Below are positions 54,401 to 64,000 of a DNA stretch of 64,000 bases, piece after piece. How positions within the stretch are numbered: position 1 is the first letter of the stretch; the number at the start of each line of letters is the position of its first letter. The DNA is from Thelocarpon superellum (lineage: Eukaryota). Location of the stretch: the NCBI GenBank assembly GCA_026025795.1, contig JAPEUG010000004.1, positions 62,001 through 126,000 on the forward strand. The letters run 5' to 3'. The notes below the pieces were generated by a model. The model saw only the letters and a program-made list of their open reading frames with translations. It searched no databases and was not told the DNA's origin. Both the position numbers and the translations under genes were made by a program.

Positions 54401-57328
54401 GATGCGCTCAACGATGGGCTCGAGAGTCTGCGCGCCGACGTCGCCGACATGGCCAAGAAGCCAGCCGAGGCGCCACTCGGGGACGAGATCCTTGATACGT
54501 TGAAGACCGGCCTGGCGAGCGTCAGAGCGGATCTTGACCGTCTCCACGTTGGACGAGACCTGGCTCGTCAGTTAGGTCCTGAGGGCGGTCAGATGGTCGT
54601 GGCCGAGAACTTGAAGCGCAACGACATCGAGAATCTTGAAGTGCTCATCACACAACTTCGCATCAAGGTCGAGGCGCTTGATGCCATGTCCCGAGACCCA
54701 CCGCCGCCGCCGCCCGGACCTCGCGCGGGAGAGGACGGCATCACCAAAGACGACCTGGCCGCCTTCGAGACGCTGCTCAAAAATATTCAGTCTGACATGG
54801 CGGAGTTGGCCGGTCGCGAGCACGATCAGTGCGAGGCGACGGCGAAGAAGGACGATATCGACGCCATCGAGACGCTTTTGATCAACACCAAGGCCAAAAT
54901 TGATGACATGGTGCTCCCCAACGCCGAGTCAGCGGCTAAGCACGAACACGTCGAAGCCGTGGAATTCCTGGTGCGGGAGACGAAGGAAGCGGTCGAAGAC
55001 TTCAGCGCTCGCGTCGACGCCGAAAGCGTGAAGAAGGACGACATGGGGGTGATGGAATCGCTGCTCAAGGAGCTGATCGTTGGGCTCGAGGAGGTGAAGG
55101 AACGCGCGGCGGCGGAAGCCGAGAGCACCGAACGGGTCACGAAGACGGACCTTGACGCTCTCGAGGAGCTGTGTGCCGATACGAAGATCCAGCTCGAGCA
55201 AATCCAGCTCCCGGACCCTGCGACGCTGCCGACCAAAGCCGATCTGGACTCGCTCGAGGCGATCCTCGTCCGCTTCCGCGAAAAAGTGCAGCTGGATGCC
55301 GAAGGGCATGCGCAGGCTCAGGAGGAACGTCGTGCGGAGACAGAGGGCTTGATGGAGCGGCTGGGGGAGGTCAAGGGATTCCTCAACGGTCTCAAAGACG
55401 ACATCCGGGCTAAGTTCGACGATGGTAGCGCCAGCTTGGATGTTATTGGCAAGCTTCTTGAGGGCGTGGGCGAGACGGTCGGCGCCAACGCCACGGTCAC
55501 AGCCGATGTCAAAGAAGTCATGGAGACGCTCATGCGTGAGTTTGAACGGTCGCACGGTCTTGGGGAGGGCTTGAAGCTGGACCACGAGCACAAGGCCAGC
55601 GAGATGCTCCACAAGCTGGACGAACGTTTCGACGAGATGATGACCAAGTACGACGACGCCCAGCTCGCTGCTGATGCTAAGGCTCAGGCGGCAGAGGAGC
55701 AGGCCACGCACAAGGACGAGATGCTGGCCGGCACAAGGGCAGTGGCAGAGGAGCTGAAGCTGCTCATCGACACCCTGGGCGCCACGATCACGGATTCGGC
55801 CGACAAGATGGTGGAGGATTCCAAAACGGTCTTCAATCGGGTCGAGGACACGCATGCCAAGGTGGAAGAGGTACAGCTCGAAGAACGGGCGGAGCATCGG
55901 CAGACGCGCGACGAGGTGCAGAAAGTGACGGCGGCCGTTGGGGGCATGCGTGGCGAGCTGGACGAACACCAGCCGAAGATGTTGACGTCAATCAAGGACA
56001 TTCTCCTCATCGTCAGCCAGCACTACGAGTACGCGCAGCGCCAAGCCACGGAAGAGAAGGCGCGCATTCGGGCGGCGTCGCAGCCACCGGCGCCGACGCA
56101 ACCGGTCATCAGCGACGTACCACCCGTCAAGTACGACGACACGGAAGTGCACGCGAAGCTAGACAAGCTGGTCAATCACGCCAACGCAGCGGGCAAGTCC
56201 TTTGCTCAGATCGATCTGCTGGAGCAGATTCACGGGCAGGTCGTCACGACCGCGGCAGAGATGTCGGAGTTCGTCGCGGCCCAGGCGAAGCTCATCACGG
56301 AAGATCACGAAGACAAGGAGAAGCAAGCGGAGGAGGCTTCACTTGCGTTGGAGCGACGTCTCGCGCAGAAGGAGCGCGCTGAGGCGGACATTGCCCGTCT
56401 CAACGAGGAAAAGGAGCAGCTACAGGAGGTCGTCGACGACCTGGGGGAGGAGAAGGAGGATCTTATGAGCCAGAAGATGAAGCTGTCAGCCGACGTGGCC
56501 AGCCTGGAGACGGCGCTCCGGCTCCGACAGGAGGAGCTGGTGACGATGGAGGCCCGGGCGGAGGGGCTGGAGCGCCGCATCCTCGAGGGCGTCATCGACC
56601 ATTCGCGCGCGCTCATTATGGCTCGACCGGGGCAAGATCCGAGCAGCAACATGTCACTCAAGCGCGTGCCGAGTCACGCGTCCAGCAAAGCGTCGTCGGT
56701 CCGGCAGAGCGGGCTTGGGATGGCGCTGCGCACCCGGCCTCCGCCTATTCGGCTGAACGCGGCCGGAGGGACGGGGTCGGGCCGGCGCATCTTGTCGCTC
56801 AACGAGATCACGGGCAACCTGCCGACAGGCGCCAAGGGCCCAGGACACGGGGCAAGTCATACCACGGATCGCGGCGTCGATCATCTTAAACGAAGCCATA
56901 GCGTGCGCACGACGACCTCGAGCGTGGGCGTGGGCGTGGGTGCGATCATGGGCCTGGGCCGCTCGTCGCGCAAGAGCAGCTGGGGCGGGCGAACCGGGGT
57001 CGAGAGCGAGCTCTACGACAAGGAGAACGACAGCTTCACCGACGAGAGCGTCGACGACGAGAGTGACGCTGGTACGGAGCGGCGCCGGCCCAGCTTCTCG
57101 ACGCATCAACGCAGCAGCTACGGCACGATATCGGGAACCCTTGGAACGGAAAGCACCATCGACGAAGCCGAGGAAGAGCGAGCCTTGTCAGGCGAGCTCG
57201 AACGCGGATCGAGCAATGGGCACGCGCGGGGCCGCTTGGTGATCTATGACGGGGCAGCGGATAGCGGGGTGGGGGATGAGCTCGCGACGGCGGATCTGCA
57301 GGGCGACGGCATCGTTTGGGGGCAGTGA
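51464..57328 (+). CDS. Large (~1,900 aa) conserved fungal coiled-coil protein, function unknown
   Basis: Exon 1 51464-51564 (MTSAKTDVSRDRDD..RTPVP), intron 51565-51708, then MWDSSDPERAPPPLPLNP and an extensive acidic heptad/helical-repeat region. Divergent from RPL27. Confidence 0.88.
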
Positions 57329-60097
57329 GCCGGCGGGCGTGGGGAGGGAATGGTGGGGGAGTTGCCGCTCGTGCACCCCCGCGCCATGGTCCGAGCATGT
57401 TCCTGGAGAGCACAAGCATGGGTGACTTGGATTGTCGATTCTTAGTGCGCTGATTGCGCGTTGCGACCTGCGAGCTGTGGCAGCCGTGAGCGTCGTCATC
57501 ACATCATCTTGGGGCGCCTCGTCTGTCTGTAGCTTAGCTTCGCCGTGCTTCCAGCACTTTCATTCTTTGGCGGCGCGGCGTCCGAGTGCGATATCGCGTA
57601 AGAATGAGATGCGTCTCCGGAGCTTGAAGCCCCGCGATGGCCCCTCCCCTCTCTTTGCTGCACGTCGTACGTCCCCGCTACGCGACATATTGTGTACCGC
57701 GTGGTCCTCGTACGCCGCAGGAGCCGCGGATTGACAGGGTGCCACCGGCGGTCGCGCCATCAGGCTGCACCGTGGGGAGACACATGAGGTCATCAGCCAG
57801 GATGCAACAGCGGGGGATGAGTAGGGATGGGGACGGGGGTCGGCAGCCCTGCGCGAGCACGTATCACCACGGGCCCGACCCGCCAGACGCATCTCCGACG
57901 CAGCTGGGCAGCTCAGTAGCAGTACTAGTGCCACTCCCCGGTTTAGTACCGCAATTCCCTCCGCTCGAGCTTATGCAAGCCCAGCTCCACAGTTCTCGCG
58001 AGCTTGTGCACCCCAATTCCGCCATTGCCTCGAGCTTATGCATCTCGATTCGGCCATGACCATTTCTAGAGCTCTATGCCTCGACGTTCGTGATGCCGCG
58101 TCGAAGAAGAAGCCTGCCTTCCTTCAGCAGAGCCCTGGGGATGGAACAGCGATCGTGGTGGGATTGAGTTGCGCCACACCCTAAAATCTGGGACCGAGCG
58201 AGCAGGGGCACGGCGGTCGTGGGTGTGCCACTCGAAACTCTCCTCGCGCGTGGGACTTTCACATGCCAGACGTTCGCACACCATCACCACCGCCACCATG
58301 GCCCCCATTGACCCCATCGCTCCGGATGTCAAGCGGTACCAACAAATCGTGGGACCGTTGGTACCCGGTAAGTTCACGTAGTAGCCCCGAGAACCTCCAC
58401 GCCTACGGATGGCTAACCAGCACTACGGCAACATTCGGAGGAGGAGGATGAAAGAAAGATTCCATCGGCCCCGACTCGACCACGGCTCGCGGCTGCCGGG
58501 GGTCATCTGTGAGCAGTCACCGTTGCCTTGGTGGTGAGAGACGCAGGCGGTGCGCCACCCTCGGCTTGGCCGGCGAGTGATGGCCGCGCAGGCTCTGACG
58601 CCGGCTCCAAGGAGGGGGACACATCGAGCCAGCCGAGAGCAGCTCGGTAGCTACCGGAGCGGTACAGGGTAAGGGCAGCGTGGGCAAATTACCTGCAATC
58701 TTGGCGCCGAAATATTCTGCCTCGCGCGCGACTCGCGCTGTCAATCACAGCGCGGCTGCGCCCGGTCGCGGATCCACGACCGGTGCTGATATCGATCGGT
58801 GATCGGGAATGTGATCAGAGCATGGGCGGTAGAGCGCGAGAGCGAAGGCGAGGGGTTATATTCACCTGCTTGTAGTTGCACGGGGACCAGCACCAGTGCA
58901 TGGACCAGGCGAGCAGCCGCATTGCATGGCCAGAGGCGGCCTTCTCGCAGGGTGGCGTTCAGACGGGGTGGGATTGGTGGGATAAGGGTTGGGCGGCGTC
59001 AGCAACGGACGTTGCGGCGCAAGGGCCATGGCGGTCGCCAAGTCGCACCTGGGACGAACAGGGGTGGGAAGCGGCCAAAGCGTCGCTCGTCACGACGTTT
59101 CCAAGGCCCAGCCGTGTGTGGTCGCTTCGGTACTTGCTCGCTCGCTAGTGACACCGTCGTCATTTGTGCGTCGACGATGGGGAGCTGGAACTCGTAGCTC
59201 CCTCACGCCCCTCGGTCTGCGGACGAAGCACAAGGGTCGTTCGGCGGGAGCCTTACTGTGTAGCTCCAAGCTTTCTTCACCTCTGCCGTGCCGGTTCATG
59301 CAGCTCGCAGTTCGCGGTCCACAGGTCCGCAAGCTGCAGTCTGCAGTCTGCGCTCGGCGATCCGCCGGAGATCCAGCGAGGAATCCGCACCGGCCTTGGT
59401 CGGGCTGGCATGTGAAGGAGGGAACGTCACCTATTTCGTTACCAATCATCCGGCACCAAAGCTCTCGCTAAGGGCGACCGCACGCAGCCAGCATTCGCAA
59501 GACAGGATTTCGGAATTCTGCCACCACTTCGAGATTGTTGCTCCTCCCAGTAGCTGCCGGGTGCCATCGCTCTCTCGACCACCACGCTTGTAGCCCGAGT
59601 ATTCCGTCCGCCCTCCGCCGCCGCGGCTGCCCCCTACCGGGTGTCGCGCAGATATGTGACCCCCGTCCGCGTCCGCCGCGACTTGTCGCGCTGAATCAAG
59701 GCCGCCCGGCGAGCTAGCGCAGCACTCGTATCAATCGCCCTCCGCTCCCACCTCGCTCCCTCCCCCCTTCACATGCCTGTCGTAACGTGTGCTCCGTCAC
59801 CCTCCGCACTGCTTCTCTCCCACTCATTCTTCTCCACCATCTCCGTGACCAGCTCGCCTTCTCTCTTGCTTCACCCCAATATCATCATTGAACATCTCCC
59901 CTTGGTCTCCTGCACTCATCCACCCCTCCGCTCAGACATCTGTCTCCACGTCCGACCGTACTCTTTCGCTCTCTCATCCCATTCGATCACCACTCGAGCG
60001 CCCACCGATCCTTCCTACAGTAAGCTTCTTCGCCGCCTCTCGTGTTGCGCCCCATGCTCAGGAGCAGCTCACTGATCCGCCGACTCGCTAGCCCTTC

Positions 60098-60800
60098 ATG
60101 CCTCACGCAAGCAACAACAACAGCACCAAAATGTCGTCCCCTGCCGTCAATGGTGACACGTCGTCATCGGCGTCTCTCTCGGTGAGTGTCCGGAGTCGTG
60201 GGACACAACGCGTGAACACATAATGGGGATCCCAGCCCCTGCCGGCACCATGCTGACGGACCTGAGCAGCACATCACCTCGTACCCGGTCGTGCACGACT
60301 CCATCTCGACCTTCCAGTCCAACTCCATCGGCCAACACACGATTCACCTCGCTGACACCGTCTACACAACCATCGCCAAGCCGCTGGTGCCGTACCTCGA
60401 GGGCCCGTATCAATACGTGTCGCCCTACGTCGTCCAGGTCGACTCGATCGCCAACAGTGGCCTCGACAAGATCGACAAGACCTTCCCCATCGTCAAGACG
60501 CCCACGGGTGAGCTCTATAGCGTCGTGGTCGACACGGCCTTCTACCCGGTGCGCGTCGCATTCGAGGGTAAGGACTACGTCTTCAAGACGTACGACAGCG
60601 AGTACAAGAAGGTTGGCGGCGATGGGCTGGTGACTGCGGGCAAGGCGCTCGTCTCCACGGGCCTGGTCGTCACCTCGGACTCCTTGTCCTGGCTGAGCAG
60701 CTTCCTGGGATCGGCCAAGGAAGAGATCAAGTCGGCCGGCACCCAGGTGGGCCAAAAGGCCACCCAGAAAAAGGACCAGGCTAAACAGGCCGCCCACTAA
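60098..60800 (+). CDS. CAP20: CAP20/Mpl1-like perilipin (lipid droplet protein)
   Basis: MPHASNNNSTKMSSPAVNGDTSSSASLS, intron 60182-60269, then HITSYPVVHDSISTFQSNSIGQ..PYQYVSPYVVQVDSIANSGLDKIDKTFPIVKTPT, typical of fungal perilipin-like proteins. Probable 5'UTR intron at ~60020-60090. Confidence 0.85.
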
Positions 60801-61602
60801 AGGTCACCCACTAGCCACGATTGACACGACCCACGCGCTCCCGGCAATGGAGTGTGCTTTCGAACGGATCCGTTGAACCTGGCAGCGAATGAGGGCCCGA
60901 CGGACGTTGGACGTGCAAAGCAGGCGGGAGAGCGGAGGGGATACAAGCCGGCACGAACAACATCTCTTCCTCTTCCTCGTTCCTCCATCCTCCATTGCAC
61001 GTGCTTGCACACCCTACTCCTCATCCTCACAATCCTAACTCTCCCTGCCTTCTTTTCCCGTTTCCTTTCTTTGTCCCTTTTTCCCTTTGGGCTTTGGCAT
61101 AGATTAGCGATTGGGCCGTAACAGATCCGGTCCTCTCTCCACCCAATTCGATTCTACGAGCCTCCCCGTCCGACGTTCTTCCGTGCGTCCGTTGAGCCCT
61201 CATGACTCCGCTGCTATCTGTGCTGTATCCTGAATAGACCTACGTGACACGTCTGGTGCAAAATGACGTTGACTGGCCGAAGTAACCGTACCTGATCTCA
61301 CTCATCAATGCCTGGTCTTTAATCGTTACACGACACATTGAGTATCGGTATGCAATGTTGAATCTGGGACGTGGTGCCCTTCCCAAGATCATCGCTACTT
61401 TTCTCTGCCCTTGCATCATCCACTCAGGGTTTGTAATCGGAGGTGAAATTGGTCGCAATACTTCCGTGCTGCCTCCACCGTCTCTAGTTTCACTCCAACT
61501 ACTTCTTCCACGTATGGTAAGTTACCCATACATCTGAACGTCGACGTTTCATTTGTGATTGCCAAAGTCGGCATCCCACCCGGACCCAGTTGTCTTGTCT
61601 CT

Positions 61603-61934
61603 CTAAAAGTCGTCCCACTCGCAATTGCAGTTCTCGCAGATATCTGATGCCGCTCCTCCGGAATTTGCTGTCAGGGTTCCTAAAGTGGACGCCCCGTTGC
61701 AAGTGGCTTGCAACTTGCAAACCGGTACACGGAGTGGATTGTTGCACGCAATTTTGTACGCCTTTTGTCGAGGTCCGAGCCGAGCAATTGAGGCGTCTTG
61801 CGGCAGGGCATGGGCAAAAATTCCGGAAATGAAAAGCACGCAGAGAAGACCTATAGAAAACACAACTCAGCCACGGTCCTTGCAGCGTGATAGACGAAGG
61901 ATTCGCCTTGAAGGGAAACCATTGAGAGCTTCAT
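61603..61934 (-). pseudogene. Small secreted Cys-rich protein gene with an apparent 1-bp frameshift in exon 1 (or a sequence error)
   Basis: ATG at 61934, GT..AG intron 61919-61851, exon 2 GLLCVLFISGIFAHALP.. with 6 Cys in the mature part. Exon 1 is one base short of the phase exon 2 needs. Confidence 0.6.
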
Positions 61935-64000
61935 TTCGTCACGATGAGAAGCTCGTCACGGCGTAGGTGTCTTCAGTATCGTCGATGTTGTCAGTGTCGG
62001 CAGTGTTGCCAGTGTGATCTGATCCAGGCTTGGAAGGATTAGGAGGAAGAGGAGACGTCGACGTGGAAAATGGCCGGCTTTATGTGCCACTCGAATGCTG
62101 GCTATTTATCTCACACTAGACTGTGTGATCCTCCAAGCCACTCAACGCTGTCTCCTGCCTAGAAAGACGGACTGAGGCTTGCTGAAATGCGCACTTTTTG
62201 GCGGCCGAAACGCACAAGTACAATGCACTTCCAGCAGCATGGTGTATGATTTGGTGGCAAAACTGATGAATCTCATGCCAAGTTGATGCGCGGAGATTCT
62301 ACTCTATCTGAGCATTACTTGACGCTGTACATCTTTGACACCAAATCCAAAGTCCAAAATCGCGCCGGGTTCCCTTGGCCGTCACCAACGACGCCTCTCG
62401 AAAATGTTGGAGATATATTGCGTCTGAGGGGAGGCCCGAGTGTATTGACGACTAATCGTCTGCCTCAAGTGAGGACTTGTTTCATGTAGGGCCAGGGACC
62501 AATAGCAACGACTAATGAAACGTTGGCTTCAACGGTGGGACCATGGGACTCGTTCCAGCCCTTACTAAGCACGATGATATACCAAACACGTGACTATCAT
62601 CACACAGCCCAAGGCGCGTTTCGATCCCACTTCAGTTATCCTACATTATGCCCAAGTCAAAGCTATGCAAAGATTGTTGACGCTTGCAATATGTGCCATC
62701 CATTGAGAGACATTCCAATGCACCTAAGCAAAAAGCGGCCTCTGAGAGTAGTTCAACTTTTACACCACATTCACGAGTGTCATACAGGAGCAAAGCATTG
62801 CTCGCTCTCGACCAGAGTTGTCACTGGCAGGCGAGCACTCCCAAGTGACTAATGCTTTCACGTAGCCCGCACTGCCCGACACGAGTGGACCAGAGGTCTT
62901 TACGTTTCGACATCACGCGGTTCGTTGCTGTGCAATACTCGTGCGCCACGTCTCGAGGCGGAGCGGCCCATCGCCAGGTCAGAATTGACGCGAGGACAAC
63001 ATCGAGCTCGTCCCGGCGAGTCCGGGCAAGAGACTTGAGGCCTCGTTACGGGGCCGCATGCGCAGGTCTTTCGTCACAGCCGCGGGAGACTCAGCATTCT
63101 TTGCTATGGTCAAGCCATGTTGGAGTCACGCCTCCAGGGCATTATCGGGAAATGGATCAGCCTCATGTCTTGGCACCAGCATCGAGAGCTTTCCTACGCG
63201 AGGCAGAGCTCGGGGCATTCAACGGTGAGTTACTGTTAAATGGCGCACTTAGTCCGCTATTGTTGGTTGGCGCGGCGAAGACGGGGCACTGGCGGCGCTG
63301 AGCCGCTCGCTGACTTGAGATTCGGGCACTGCCACTCTCGCCCAAGTCCTCAGTTCCGGACCTCAGAGCTGAGCCCTGACTTCCTAGCGATCCAGCGACG
63401 CCCGAGAGGTGAAGCAGAGGATGTTGGACTGAGAGGAGTAGGACCACCGTAAACTTAGCACTGCGTCAAGTAACGGCAGTCGCGCACTTGGTACTGCAAT
63501 CTCACCAGCAAAAGCATTGTTCCATGTGGTAGGTGAGCGACGCCACTTTGTCGATGTGGTCCGCCACACTAACTCGTAATACGGGTAGGGAGTTCGGTAG
63601 GATACGAGCAGCCTCTACCGGCAGCCTCGCCCGTATCCGACCGAACTTCGGACTCAAGGCCACAGGCCGCAGATTTTACATCGAAAGGCGTTAGTCTTGC
63701 GAGGAGCGGTATAGCGGTACGAGAGCGATTAGCGACCAAGTGGCGTGACACGCGGCGCATCGCCTCAATGGTGTTGGGCGTTGCTACTGCGTTGCTGGAG
63801 AGAGGGCCTTCTCCGAGCCGCTAGTGGAGCGCCCGGTGGTGGCCTTGCCGACTTATCCACCCTTCTAGCCAGATCCATGACCCCTCTTGGCTCCTTGGCG
63901 TGGAGAAGCTCCCCCGGCTCGAGGCGCTCCCGGTGCATCTGTCTTCCTTCACGTCACCATTTCTACCATATCCACCCATCATTTCACATTGCTCCACGTC

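Noticed and set aside
53455..55969. Long antisense ORFs (333 and 346 aa) opposite the coiled-coil gene; similar ones lie opposite glfA and the kinase
   Set aside because: These are expected shadow ORFs from high GC3 codon bias and have no protein-like features.

Overview
GC-rich, intron-containing filamentous ascomycete (Pezizomycotina-like) genomic DNA. It carries about 16 recognisable protein-coding genes: allantoicase 3' end, ankyrin+DIL protein, DHA1 MFS transporter, cytochrome b561-type protein, TBC Rab-GAP, a poly-Q conserved protein, the divergent galactofuranose pair glfB/glfA, an SDR, a disordered protein with a Cdc26-like N-terminus, a PDK1/Pkh/Ksg1 kinase, a stand-alone ferric-reductase/FNR-like membrane protein, a conserved hypothetical, a secreted orphan, RPL27, a 1.9k-aa coiled-coil protein and a CAP20/perilipin. 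There is also a small Cys-rich secreted gene that appears frameshifted. The main accessory feature, which the ORF track does not show, is a full-length but dead 3.16-kb PIF/Harbinger (PHIS)-type DNA transposon at 4645-7802. It has TIRs, an atypical AAT target duplication, convergent Myb/SANT and DDE pseudogenes, almost no CpG, and a perfect, nested 78-bp palindrome. I found no tRNA, rRNA or CRISPR. I cannot support a wholly new multi-gene system; the best leads are the transposon, its mutation signature and palindrome, and the orphan secreted peptides. All calls were made by eye without database searches.
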